In this document: positions 15,441-28,322 of the stretch, in pieces
How positions within the stretch are numbered: the stretch's first letter is position 1
How the letters are laid out: each line of letters begins with the position of its first letter
Origin: Octopus vulgaris
Taxonomy: Eukaryota
Direction of reading: 5' to 3'
NCBI GenBank assembly: GCA_951406725.2
Contig: OX597836.1
Span: 11,656,001 to 11,720,000, forward strand
Length of the DNA: 64,000 nt
Translations under genes and position numbers: made by a program
The notes under the pieces: generated by a model
Told to the model about the DNA's origin: nothing
The model's input: only the letters and a program-made list of their open reading frames with translations
Database searches by the model: none

Positions 15441-15715
15441 GAGGTTTTATTACTGTTGCAAAATCTTCAGAAAACTGTTACTCATTCCTGTTCGTCAAAC
15501 AATTGTTTGATGAATACTGAATTGAGATATATTAATATATATATATTATGAATTAGCGTGGCGCAGAAAAAAAATTAATTAAAACAAGTTAAAAAATTTG
15601 TTCCGAAATAAATACAAATAAGGGAAGCTCCTACTCTCAGAAGAAGGTGAGGAGCTGCTCCTCGAGTAAGTGCAGTGCCCCATGATATCAGAGTCTTAAC
15701 AGTCTGCTAGTGTGG

Positions 15716-15758
<43 letters not shown>

Positions 15759-16728
15759 GCATACATATTACAAACATACATATATACATACAAACATGCA
15801 CACTCATAGAACATCGTTCATTGTATTTTTCTAAGCACTGAAGATGTGCACAAACAAAATTGCATTATACTTCAACAAGTAATGTAATCTTGGCAGTGAT
15901 TTGTGGAAACGCGTGTACGTTTTATAATACATATAAAACCATAAGTTTTCTTCTCGTTATTATCATTACACACACACACATGTTTATGATAGTTTTGTGT
16001 CGAAGAACTACTACGGAAGTATCTCTAGAACGGCAGCGTTTGCTGTAACCTTGGTAGTGTTTGTGTTAGACTTAGTTATGCATTAACTGCGTCTTAAGTT
16101 ATTCACAACTGTTCTTACAAAGAATTAACACAACTTACGCACACAGGCTTCGTGATCCTGTCTCCTGTAACTAAAACGGGTGCGAATACAAATTATTAAT
16201 ATTTTCAAATGAAATCTTAGAACGGTTGAGGCAAACTTACACACGCAGCAAACTCCCAAGTTAAAAAAAAAAAACACGTGGGAAATAGAATACGTTACTT
16301 TAGTGTTTTCCTTTTTATTATGATTCTGCATTCATTTATTCTTTTATTCTCTTAATCTGAAATGGTATACAAAATAAATCTCGTAATATATTCTTAAGAA
16401 CACTTTGTCGTCTTTTTTAAACTTATTCCGTTCTTCCGTCTCAATCCTAGACAAATGCATTTTGGTTTTGTTGTTGTTGTCTTTCGTTTGGGAATGTGGT
16501 TGTCTCTATCACGCCACCTCTGAATCTTTCTTTGTCTCTTTGTCACTTTTTCTTTCTCTGCCTGTCTGCCTGTATCTTTCTCTCCCGCTACCTTTCTCTC
16601 TCTCTCTCTCTTTTACTCTTTCTTTTCGACTCTCCTTCTAACTTTCTTTCGTCTCTCTCACTCTTAACTATTTGCCGCTGTCATTTTCGTATTCTTATAA
16701 TTTACAAACACCTCCATTTTCAAATGCA

Positions 16729-16790
<62 letters not shown>

Positions 16791-16847
16791 ACTCACTCAC
16801 TCACTCACTCACTCACTCACTTCCTCTTGCTTTCTGTGTACATAGAG

Positions 16848-16880
<33 letters not shown>

Positions 16881-16987
16881 TACGAGGTGTATATAGATAG
16901 TCTTTGAGCCTCAAAAAAAAAAACATGGTACAAGACTTCAAGGATCAAAGGCCTTGAAGGTTCAAAAGTTTTCATACACCTCTGGTA
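16881..16987. mobile_element. About 105-bp mariner-type MITE
   Basis: Imperfect terminal inverted repeats tacgaggtgtat...tttgagcct / aggttcaaaagttttcatacacctc; TA-flanked. Confidence 0.6.
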
Positions 16988-16999
16988 TATCATCCATAT

Positions 17000-18050
17000 G
17001 ATATGCTCTAAAGTTTGTGATAAATCTTCTATATCATCATATGTGATAAAATCTATTCCTCTGCTCTGTGATATATCCTGCGTCTCAGTTACGTTTTAAA
17101 ATCTGTTCTTTTCGCTATGTAATAAAATTCACATCTCACCTGTGCATCCAGGTTATATTATGATATTTATCTCCTATATGATAAAACTTACGTTTCGTTT
17201 ATGTTATAAAATCCGCTTGTCTGACATGTGATGAACTCAGTTTCTCTAAAACGTCTCCGCTATGCGATAAAAATATTGCGTCCCTTCTGTCTCGCAAAAA
17301 ATCACATCTCTTCTATCTGCTGAAAAACTTGCCTGTGGGTTATGTGATATAATCAGTTTACCTACTACGTCTGATAAAACATACGTTTTTTTTTCTGCTA
17401 TGAGATTAAACTTGCTTTTTGCTATCTTATGAAACTAAGGTCTCTACTATGCGATAAAACGTCTCCGCTATGTGATAAAAATATTGCGTCTCTTCTGTCG
17501 CAAAAAATCACATATCTTCTATCAGCTGAAAAACTTGCCTGTGGGTTATGTGATATAATCAGTTTACATACTATATGTTACCAGATAAATACACTCGCAC
17601 TCATGTCTTCTATTAGTTTTATCATCTTCCAGAGAAATTCTTAAAGCTGATCTCAGCTATGTGATAAAATCTATTTCTCTACGGGATAAAACCCAAAAAA
17701 CAGCTATGTGATAAGATATGTTTATCGGCCACGTGATAAAACTTACATGTTAGTTATAGGATAAGATGTATTTCTCTGCTGTGTGATAAAACCTACATCA
17801 TAGATATCAGAAAAAATATTCTATTTTCTATCTGTGTAATTGAATCTAGATTTTTTCAATATGATAAAAAGTATTGTTCTCCTATGTGAAAAAAAAAATC
17901 TACGTTTCAGGTATGGAATAAAATCTTTATCTCAGCTATGCTATGGGATAAAATTAATTTTTATGTGTGATAAAACTATTATAAAATCTATCGCTCCGCT
18001 CTATGCTAAAACTTACATCTCTGCTGTACGATATATATTTTATGACACAT
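17000..18050. repeat. Degenerate about 25-bp minisatellite (consensus near ctgctatgtgataaaatctacatct)
   Basis: tgtgataaaa-like core recurs at about 25-bp spacing over 1 kb; internal about 120-bp duplication (17247-17370 vs 17456-17575). Confidence 0.8.
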
Positions 18051-18116
18051 CACAGTTATCCGATAGTCTGCATTTGGGTTTGCTAAACCCTTTCCTATGA
18101 CGCTAATTTTATCAGT

Positions 18117-18500
18117 GGAGGCGCAATGGCGCAGTGGTTAGGGCAGCGGACTCGCGGTCATAAGATCGTGGTTTCGATTCCCAGACCGGGCGTTGTGAGT
18201 GTTTATTGAGCGAAAACACCTAAAAGCTCCACGAGGCTCCGGCAGGGGATGGTGGTGATCCCTGCTGTACTCTTTCACCACAGCTTTCTCTCGCTCTTTC
18301 TTCCTGTTTCTGTTGTACCTGTATTTCAAAGGGCCGGCCTTGTCACTCTCTGTGTCACGCTGAATATCCCCGAGAACTACGTTAAGGGTACACGTGTCTG
18401 TGGAGTGCTCAGCCACTTACACGTTAATCTCACGAGCAGGCTGTTCCGTTGATTCGGATCAACCGGAACCCTCATCGTCGCAACCGACGGAGTGCTTCCA
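18117..18500 (+). mobile_element. SINE family B (tRNA-like head), full length
   Basis: ggaggcgcaatggc(g/c)cagtggttagggcagcggactcgcggtc...gtttcgattccc head; nearly identical to 23742-24127 and 37281-37664. Confidence 0.93.
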
Positions 18501-18839
18501 CTTCCACACAATATCACGAAAGAATTCAACTGTGTTTCAAATAAAGCGCGCGCTCACACACACACACACACATGCACACACTGCTCTTTCATCTTCGACA
18601 GAAATATCCATATGACCGGGCCCAATTAATTAATCCGTTTTTATATTTGGTTTGCAAGGTTTTTGATGTGAACTTGTGTGCCGAAATGGATTTTGTGGAA
18701 CCCAGGCGAGTGGAGGGGTCGTCATGCCAATAAAACACGACCACTGATTAATTAACCAGTCGATTAATTTATTCCTTAAATGATTAATTAATCAGTCGAT
18801 TAATTAATTGCTTAAATAGCCATCGAATCAATAAATAAT

Positions 18840-18982
18840 GATCCTTTCTACTATATGCACAAGGCCTGAAATTTTGTAGAAGAGGGCGAGTCGAGTAAAT
18901 TAACCACAGTACTCAACTGGTACACGGTTACTGAACCTCGAAAGAATGAAAGGCAAAATCGACCTCTGCGGAATTTGAACTG
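18840..18982 (-). mobile_element. Diverged family C SINE piece
   Basis: gaatgaaaggcaaaatcgacctctgcggaatttgaact core. Confidence 0.75.
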
Positions 18983-19346
18983 CGAAGGTTGGGTAAGCTA
19001 TAACCCACCAGTCAAAAGGGATAAACATCCCTCTGGTAAACATCCACTAATGCTATATCGCCTGATGAAATGAATCCATGAGGATGACATACTCGTTGCC
19101 AGGAATATGGATTGTGATCTGAAGAGATATATGATATGTGGAAACGCGCGTAGCGATGCGTTAAATGTTTATAAATTCCATCCAAGGATTATTATTGTTA
19201 TTATTATTATATTTATCAGACATTATATCGGTGCAACTCGATGCAAACCGCAAAAAGCTGGTTCACCAGTCAGCATCATTAGACTGTGGCCGACATAATG
19301 GATTTAGGAGCTTTATTTGTATATTGAGAACGTTTCTCGTAAACAA

Positions 19347-19411
<65 letters not shown>

Positions 19412-20428
19412 CGTACAATTTCCATCATCCCACTACCATGTATAACATCACTCCTTCCTTCCTTCCTTATTCATCTATCACCCCTTCCTTTCTCATTCAT
19501 AAACACAAGAGTATTATTATAGTAGATTATCTCGGTAACCATCAGAGCTATGAAAAAAATACAAAGCCCAGCAACACCACTGGATCATTCTACACATCTG
19601 TATATTTTTTTGTGCAATTCCACCCAGCCGTTTGACCGTGAATCCCAAGACAAGAAAGAATCGCCCATGTCAAATGTATATGTATAGATATATATAGAGA
19701 GAGAGGGGGGAAAGAGAGTGACAGAGAGACAGAGACAGACAGACAGAGACAGTGGTAGAGAGGACGGGCTCTGCTCTGACAACTGTGTGTTGGTCCAATC
19801 TGACCATCTTCACTGCAATGGATACCATAATTATCAATAATTGTTGAGACACAAACAAGCGATTTTTTAATTAAAAACTTAACACATTACATACAGGAAA
19901 ACTATTTGGACTCAGAAATCTCACAGACTCTAAAGAATATCGTTTCAAAAATGCGTGGGTCGATCAAACTGACTTTTCACAGAGAAACCCGGATTTCACA
20001 TTCGAAATATTTGAACCACTCTGAATTGAAAAGAAAGCGAACGGAGCAGGACGTGAGGTCTTAATCCTTTTTAAGTTCATGTGACTATTTACATAGTCTC
20101 TTTACGCATCACTCAACACAAACAATCCCAGAAGACATTGAATGTAAGGGCGATGGCAGCAGCGGCGGCGCGGCGGCAGTGGTGGTGGTGGTTGCGGGTT
20201 GTAGCGGTGGCGGCGGTTTGTTTGAGATTAACGAATCTATTACATACACTTGTTTGAATGTGTCGACTTTTAACAGCTATTAATTCACAAACAGATTTTT
20301 AGTGTCATACGACACTTGTTGGCTGTTAAGCAAGGGTGCCATTAAAATTTCAAGTAATTTAACACCTATTTACACTGTAAGATTTTTGTTGTCCTAATTC
20401 CAAATATATAGACATACATACATATGTG

Positions 20429-20478
<50 letters not shown>

Positions 20479-20659
20479 TGTCTGTCTCTCAAATGCTGTC
20501 CGTTTCACAGTAAAAAAAAATCTAGCGTTGACATAGCAATGGCTACTGAGGACAGCCAGCAACGTATTTGCATACGAACTTCTGAATGTTAGGAAATCAG
20601 TTTTCTCATGGGTAACCTGTTTCCCACAGTTAGTTTTATCATTATTATTATCATTATCA

Positions 20660-20724
<65 letters not shown>

Positions 20725-20730
20725 GTTATT

Positions 20731-20919
20731 CAGTAGTTTTATTTTTATAGCGTGCTTTCACTTCACTACCGAGCGCAGCTCTGTGTGCCTTGGGTATGTG
20801 CTGTGATTTGTTGTGATGCTCTGATGGTTATTGTATGGAAAGTGTTCTGCGTAGGATATGTGCAGTGCCTAGTAGTGCAATTTTCTGTATGTTATATGTG
20901 TTTGTAAGTCCTGGTGTTT
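20731..20919 (-). mobile_element. 5'-truncated 3' end of an R4/Dong-like LINE inserted in (TAA)n
   Basis: Minus strand reads TPGLTNTYNIQKIALLGTAHILRRTLSIQ* (stop at 20828-20830), a typical R4/Dong C-terminus, then a short 3' UTR; (ATT)n on both sides. Confidence 0.8.
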
Positions 20920-20943
20920 ATTATTATTATTATTATTATTATT

Positions 20944-21497
20944 GAGTGAGAGAGCAGTTCATGCCATCAAAGTGACACTGGGGTAAAATATACGAAGCCC
21001 AATATACCCATCATGACTACCCGTCTGATAAAGGTACACCAGGCACATGCATCACAGCCATATGTGCGCGACATGGTGATCTCATATCAAGATAAACAGC
21101 ACATGACCTTGCAGGTGGGGCCCAGTTAGAATTTTCTTCAGGTTGAGTAGCCCATCCTGCTCAAACGGTCCCTGAATAAGGGTTGCTTTAGGATGTTGAA
21201 CGAAACACCTATGTTTCCAGAGGTGAACCATTCAAACTCCAAAGAATCCCTCTCAACACATGGCCATGATGCTCCCCCACTACTTCTGCTCGTGATCAGA
21301 GATGCACATATCGTCAGCCACTAAGGGACATGCTCAACTGGTTAAGGTCAAACAACTGACAAGCAAATCTGTGGTATTGAGCAGAATATTTGCTGTAGCC
21401 CATCTTTTATACCAAGACAAAACAATGTACATGATAACACTTCCAATCAGTTAAGATCAGAAGCCAGGAGAGCCACTGCCTGGTACTGCATCAGGGC

Positions 21498-21499
<2 letters not shown>
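20944..21499. mobile_element. Unclassified 555-bp non-coding insertion bounded by (ATT)n tracts
   Basis: Sharp boundaries with (ATT)n on each side, higher GC than flanks, no long ORF. Confidence 0.5.
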
Positions 21500-21550
<51 letters not shown>

Positions 21551-21619
21551 CCTTCTTTCTTTAAATTTTCTTCCATTTCTCGACGAGTGTTTTCCGAACA
21601 CATTATTATTATTATTATT

Positions 21620-21698
<79 letters not shown>

Positions 21699-22024
21699 TC
21701 ATCATCATCATCATCAGTATTCTGTTTCCGTATAAATTGTCTTGATGAAAAAAAAAGAAATGTAACGTAAAGAACAGGGATGGGAGATATCAAATTTACT
21801 CCAAATGTCAACAGTTTCATTCTTTTTTTTAATTTTCATTATCGTTATTAATGAAGATTGTGGAGACGCGTGGTTTAGTTCTTTTTTTTAGAGCAGCGTT
21901 TCTTAACCCAGGCTTCTCCGAATCTCTGGGGTCTTGCAAAAGCTTCCTAAGGGTTCCGTGAGAAAGAGTGAGATAAGCTAATGCTAATTTCATGTTCGTA
22001 AAAAAATAAAAAATAAAAAAAAAT

Positions 22025-22088
22025 AAAGGCGGTGCTCCAGCATGGCCGCAGTCAAATGACTGAAACAAGTAAAAGAGTAAAAGAGTAT
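22025..22088 (+). mobile_element. Isolated family A 3' tail
   Basis: aaaggcggtgctccagcatggccgcagtcaaatgactgaaacaagtaaaagagtaaaagagta. Confidence 0.85.
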
Positions 22089-22127
22089 ACAGGCACAACA
22101 TGTTGCTTATTGTAATATTGTAAAATA

Positions 22128-22370
22128 GACTTTCGGCTGCTGTTACGTTCTGAGTTCAAATTCCGACTTTGCCTTTCATCCTTTCGGGGTCGATTGTATT
22201 TCAAAGGGCCAGCATTGTCACACTCTGTATCACGCTGGATCTCCCTGAGAACTACGTTAAAAGTACGCGTGTCTGTGGAGGGATCAGCCGCAATGAGGTT
22301 AATTTCATGAGCAGGCTGTTCCGTTGATTGCATCAACTGGAACCCTCATCGTCGTAACCGACGGAGAGCC
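22128..22370 (+). mobile_element. Family C fragment joined to the 3' half of family B
   Basis: ttacgttctgagttcaaattcc...cctttcggggtcgat switches to tgtatttcaaagggcc...gtaaccgacggag near 22195. Confidence 0.8.
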
Positions 22371-22384
22371 AGTATAGTATAACA

Positions 22385-22913
22385 TTACCTCTACGGATTT
22401 TCTATATAAATTATAGCCGGCACTGAATTTGTGACGACGCTTCGTATCCAAGTCAGCTGATATAAACAACAACGAGATCGAAGATGAAAAATTGATAATG
22501 GCCGTATATGCCATACTTCAGGCGTTTTTGCTCCTTCATCAGCACCCATCCAACCCATTAACCGTTAAATATAGTTTGAAGTATGTTGGGGTTGCATAAA
22601 AAAATACGGAATCCCTACCGGTCATTAATATTTACATACCGGTTTCCAAGAATGATTTTCATATGTAAAATTGGTATAGCCAATAGCGTCACGCTGCTAT
22701 ATTTAGTGGCTTTTTAAGCAGTGTGTTAGTGGATAGTTAATGGATTGGATGGGTACTGATGAAGAAACAAAATATCCTGGAAGATGGCATATACACTCAT
22801 TACTCATTTTTTATCTTCAATCTCCTTGTTATTTACATTAAGCATCTCGGATACGAAACGTCGTAGCAAAACCAGTGCTGGCTATAATTTCTATACAGAA
22901 TCTGTAAAGATAA
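22385..22913. repeat. Long imperfect inverted repeat (arms about 178 bp, spacer about 173 bp)
   Basis: 22385-22562 is the reverse complement of 22736-22913, e.g. aaattatagccggcactg / cagtgctggctataattt and cttcatcagcacccatccaa / ttggatgggtactgatgaag. Confidence 0.9.
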
Positions 22914-23362
22914 CCATAACAAGTTATTAATTAAGATAGCTATATCAATTAATTAATCCTTCATTAAACATTGAACTGGAGAAACATGCACAGACAGGTG
23001 TTTTTATAGTCTGCCTCCTGTAGTTCTTGTCTGTTGTTTAACGAAGATTTAATTAAGATAGCTATGTTAATTAATTTAAACCTTAATTACCCAACTAGCT
23101 AGAATTACACGAGGCAAGTTTGTTACTATAGCACGCGCCTGCTCAAATATGTAGGAAGCAGTTGTGATATGCGGAAAGATAACAGATCTATACCATCTCT
23201 TATTCTTTCTTTTACGTGTCCTGATGAAAGGGTTATAACCCCGACATATCGAGGAAATCTAAGGTAAAACGAACCGTTCAGTTGGCACTTCTCTATGTCA
23301 TTTATTTGACATTGTTTCAACGCTTTAACAAGTTTCAATCTAATTTAATATCAAACAATGCT

Positions 23363-23595
23363 AAGGCAGCGAGCTGGCAGAAGTGTTGGCGCGCCGGACG
23401 AAATGCTTAGCGGAATCTCGTCCGTCTTTATTTTCTGAGTTCAAATTCCGTCGAAGTCGAATTTGTCTTTCATCCTTTCGTGGTGGTGGGGGGGGGGCAA
23501 TAAAATAAGTACTGGTTGCGCACTGATATCGATGTAATCGATTTAACCACTTCCTTGAAATTGCTGGCCTTGTGCCAAAATTTGAAACCAATATC
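23363..23595 (+). mobile_element. SINE family C (variant 3' end ttgctggccttgtgccaaaatttgaaacc)
   Basis: aaggcagcgagctggcagaa head and the conserved core. Confidence 0.85.
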
Positions 23596-23741
23596 AAGCA
23601 AATGTTTCACCGCAACCAATCTATCCTAACATTCTCAATTACATCTAATTGCCTTTAAAAGAAACAAAAAGGTACTTTGGAAACAGTACCCTTCATCTAT
23701 ATTCTGACCGAGCAGATTTGTGACCGGGCATTCTATCCATG

Positions 23742-24127
23742 GGAGGCGCAATGGCCCAGTGGTTAGGGCAGCGGACTCGCGGTCATAGGATCACGGTTTC
23801 GATTCCCAGACCGGGCGTTGTGAGTGTTTATTGAGCGAAAACACCTAAAAAAAGCTCCACGAGGCTCCGGCAGGGGATGGTGGTGATCCCTGCTGTACTC
23901 TTTCACTACAACTTTCTCTCACTCTTACTTCCTGTTTCTGTTGTACCTGTATTTCAAGGGGCCGGCCTTGTCACACTCTGTGACACGCTGAATATCTCCG
24001 AGAACTACGTTAATGGTACACATGTCTGTGGAGTGCTCAGCCACTTACACGTTAATTTCACGAGCAGGCTGTTCCGTTGATTCGGATCAACCGGAACCCT
24101 CGTCGTCGTAACCGACGGAGTGCTTCC
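23742..24127 (+). mobile_element. SINE family B, full length with TSD
   Basis: Flanked by tctatccatg at 23732-23741 and 24131-24140. Confidence 0.93.
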
Positions 24128-24866
24128 TCCTCTATCCATGACCGTCCTGTCTTGCTGTTCAGACATATTGCAGCTGGGTTTACATTATTAAAGATGATTA
24201 TTTGTTGAATTTATCTCCTCTACCGGTGAAGATAAAAAAAAATCGCTTTGTGATAAACGGGACCATCTTTAAATGGGAAGATGGTTTAATATTAGGAATT
24301 AAGACTTTTCCAAAACTGTCATGCTATGAAGGAAAAGAGGCTGATTGTCTTGGAGATATGCACCGTTGTACATACATGGTAAATTCTTCATTTATCGAAG
24401 CTAAACTCTCTTCCAGAAAAGATAGAACAGTCGCTTAGTGGTAAAAGGAATCAATTCGAATTACGAAGACAAGATAATGCCATATATATATAGCCTGGGG
24501 CTAGTGTAAAAAAAAAAAACACTCGCCCAAAATCCGCTCAATGGGACTGAACCTGAGACCACATGGTTGCTAATCGAGCTTCATGGTTGCTAAACGACCA
24601 TACAGCGGATGCCTAAGCTCATATCACCTTGCTTTTTTTTTGTTTTGTTTTTTTTACTTTGTTTCTTTTTATTCGTTTCTTTTGTTTGTTATGGTTGTTT
24701 TTTTTCGACACTTTTTCTATTTGACCCTTCGTCTACATCGATGTACATCTGAATTCCTTTTGTCAATATCTTCATCATCAACACCCGATATTTCAACCGT
24801 TTAAAACGATATCTATTGTTACTTTTCTACACTACACCACATTACTATAGCTATGTACCATCCTGT

Positions 24867-24921
<55 letters not shown>

Positions 24922-25194
24922 TATGTGTGATATTATACATATAAGTAAAATTGTGTTTACAGTTTGATAAATGACCTGATGCTATCACAGTCCCCCCTCC
25001 GCCACGCCACCCCCAGCTAAACTATATTCGACACTTCATAACATTATATTTTTAACACGGTTAACTGACTTTTTCACACAAGTCTTTGTTTATTATGGAA
25101 ATATCGTTTGCTAGTCTTAACATCTTCTCACGTAAATTGAGCTTTTGTATTTCAACCTCTTCCTATCTCTGGCTTCCTTCCTTTCTTTCTTTCA

Positions 25195-25695
25195 ATCTAA
25201 ACATCTATCTATCTGTCTATATATGCCTGTGTGTCTATGCATCTGTTGGTCTGTGTATCTATGTTTCTATCGGTCTGTATAGCTATGCGTGTGTCTATGT
25301 CGCTATGTGACTGTCTGTCTCTCAGTCTGTCTGTCTATCTGTCTATGCATCTATATACGTCTCTATCTCTATCTATGTGACTGCCTGTCTGTGGTTCTGT
25401 GCCTATCTGACTGTGGTTCTGTGTCTGTCTGTCTGTCATTCTATATGGCCGCCTGTGAATGTATATTGTCTGTGGTTCTATGCGCCTATCTGACTGTGGT
25501 CTGTGTCTATCTGTCGTTCTATGTGCCCGCCTGTGTAGGTATGTGTCTCTCTGTCTATGGTTCTATGTGTCGATCGAACTGTGATACTATGTGCCTATCT
25601 GACTGTGGTTCTGTATCTACTTGTGGAACTATGTGTCTGTCTATGTATCTACATGTCTTAAGAGTCTGTGCATCTGTACCTGTCTATCTATGTAT
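25195..25695. repeat. Degenerate TCTA/TCTG/TGTG low-complexity tract
   Basis: Direct inspection. Confidence 0.85.
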
Positions 25696-25696
25696 T

Positions 25697-26550
25697 TATT
25701 GGGTCGTCCCATAAATAGTGCGGTATTTTTATACTTCTATTTTTCAAAATTAAGATAAACAAAGTCCCTTTTAATCTAAAATATACCTACCTTCATTTTC
25801 TACAATGCTTCTTCCATCTGCCTTGTAGACTCGCAAGGCCCCTCTTTCAAAATTCACTTGTCCCTGACGAAAAATACTCTTCCAGTACTGTTCTGACCTC
25901 GTCTACAGAATTCATATTTTTTCCATTAAAATGATTTTGAAGACTGCGGAATAAATGATAATCAGATGGGGCAATGTCCGGGGAATATGGTGGGCGGGCA
26001 TCGTTTCCTATTCAAACTGCTTCAGTCTTTGGAATGTTATCCTCGTTGTATGTGGCCGAGCATTCTCCCAATGGAAGAACACCTTTCATCTTGAAACCGA
26101 AGATGGTCGTTTTCCATCTAGCACTGACTTAAACCGCTCAAGTTGCTCGTCGTAGATCTCTTTTGCTATCATTTTCTTTGGATTTAAAAGTTCAAAGAGG
26201 ACTAAACCTTTCATATCCCACCAAACGGATAACAACACCTTACGTGGGTGAAGACCTTCTTTAGCCTGGGCTGCCAGTGTTTCGCTTTTTCCTACCCACT
26301 GCATTCGGCGCTTGACATTTTTATAGAGAATCTATGTCTCATCGCCAGTCACTGTTCGGTCCCAAAAAGGTTCATTCGTGAGGCGCACATGTTCACTCTG
26401 CACGCGATTAGACTCAGAAAGTTTGTGAGAAACCCATTGACCCAATTTGCTGACTTTCCCGATGGCAAGCAGGTGTCAATGAATGGTTTAATGACCAAAT
26501 CTAAGCTTCTCTGCTTGTTCCTCAATAGTTACAATGGAATTTTTTCCACC
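25697..26550 (-). pseudogene. Decayed mariner (DD34D) transposase with one terminal inverted repeat
   Basis: Minus-strand motifs in order: KLGQWVSHK (WVPHEL-like), VTGDET*ILYKN, LHPRKVLLSVWWD, FHWENARPH (HDNARPH-like), PPYSPDIAPSDYHLF; TIR-like tattgggtcgtcccataaatagtgcgg at 25697. Confidence 0.92.
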
Positions 26551-26554
26551 AGGG

Positions 26555-27290
26555 TTTGCCTGTGCATGTTTCTGTCTGTCTGTGTGTCTCTCTGTGTATT
26601 TATGTATCTGTCTGTGCATCTATCGGTCTATGTGTCTGTCAGTCTATGTCTATGGTTTGTCTGTCTATCTGTCTCTATGTCTGTCTATGTATATGCCTGT
26701 CTGTCAGTCTGTCTGTTCATGTGTCTGTTTATATGTGTGAATATGTGTCTGTCTATCTGTCTATCTGTTCATGTGTCTACCTGTCTATATGTCTCTCTAT
26801 GTGTCTGTCTGTCTGCTTATGTGTCTATCTCCCTATGTGTCTGTGTGTCTGGTCATGTGTCTATCCTTCTATATATCTCTCTCTATGTGTCTGTCTGTCC
26901 GCTTATGTGTCTAGCTGTCTATATGTCTGTCTATGTGTCTGTCTGTCTGTATGTCTGTTCATGTGTCAATCTGTCTATATATCTGTGTATAGGTCTATCT
27001 GTCTAGCTGTCTCTCTATGTGCCTGTCTGACTGTCTGTTCGTGTATCAATCTGTTTATATGTCTCTCTATGTGTCTGTATGTCTGTCCATGTGTCTATCT
27101 ATATGCCTGTGTATATGTCTATCTGTCTATATGTCTGTCTATGTGTCTATCTGGCTACATGTCTCTGTGTGTGTCTGTATGTGTATATATCTATCTGTCT
27201 ATAAGTCTGTCTATCTGTCTGTCTCTTCGTGTGTCTATCTGTCTATCTTTCTATATGTCTGTCTATGTGTCTCTCTTTCTCCGACTATTT
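26555..27290. repeat. Degenerate TCTG/TCTA/TGTG low-complexity tract
   Basis: Direct inspection; explains the long Cys/Leu/Ser/Val ORFs. Confidence 0.9.
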
Positions 27291-27776
27291 GTTTGCCTAT
27301 CGGTCCTTCTGTCTATCAGTATTTGTTTCTGTTTATTTCGCTTTCCTTTTAACCGTTTTTGTTTCCTCCTTTCTTCTATTTTGCTTTACCTATCGACGTT
27401 CCATCATTTCTCTTTCTTTTCTCCAACTTTTTCTTATCCTCTCAATCATCCGAATTCTTTACACATCATCATTTGTATCTCTTTCCCCACCCCCCACCTG
27501 TCCTTCCCTTTCTCACTTAAGCACCTTTTTGCTCTTTTCTTTTTTTCCTCACTCTCGAGCAAAATTCCCACTAGACACTCACACTCGCTTCCGGTATTTA
27601 GTAACCTTTAATATCAATCAATATTAAAGATTCAGTTTTTGATATGAGCCTCCGTCTGTCTGTTTGTCTGTCTCTTTCACCCATCCTTATTATACATAAA
27701 TACCTTAACTTTGCTTATTTCACAATAGTCAATCGATGATAATATTTGTTCATCAAGAAACGCACACACACACATT

Positions 27777-27958
27777 GTATGTATGTATGTATGTATGTAT
27801 GTATGTATGTATGTATGTATGTATGTATGTACGTACGTACGTATGTATGTATGTATGTAAGTATGTAAGTATGTATGTATGTATGTATGTAAGTATGTAA
27901 GTATGTATGTATGTATGTATGTAAGTATGTATGTATGTATGTATATATATGTATGTAC

Positions 27959-27989
<31 letters not shown>

Positions 27990-28322
27990 TGTATGTATGT
28001 GTGTATGTATGTATGTATGTAATGTATGTATTTATGAACATATGTGAGTATGTATGAACATATGGATGTATTATGTAAGTATTTATGTATGTATGTATGT
28101 ATGACTGTACGTACGTGTGTATATTTATACTTGTATGTATATATCTATATGTGCATGTATGTATATATGTATGTATATATGTGTGTATGTATGTATGTAT
28201 GTATGTATGTATGCATGCATGCATGTATGTATGTATGTATGTATGTATGTATGTATGTATGTATGTATGTATGTATGTATGTATGGACATATGTATGAAT
28301 ATATGTTTATATGTATGTACGT
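27777..28322. repeat. (TGTA)n tract
   Basis: Direct inspection. Confidence 0.96.

Noticed and set aside
16139-16164. 26-bp minus-strand micro-exon candidate (also 37-bp candidate near 37886-37922)
   Set aside because: AG/GT pairs of this quality are expected by chance in 64 kb.
18117-18190. Apparent tRNA genes at SINE 5' ends
   Set aside because: They run into a constant SINE body, lack a proper acceptor stem, and several copies have TSDs.
24202-24438. 78-aa non-repetitive ORF
   Set aside because: No ATG start, splice support or recognisable motif.
26248-27627. 250-350 aa Cys/Leu/Val-rich ORFs
   Set aside because: Antisense of the mariner relic plus a stop-poor TCTG/TGTG tract.
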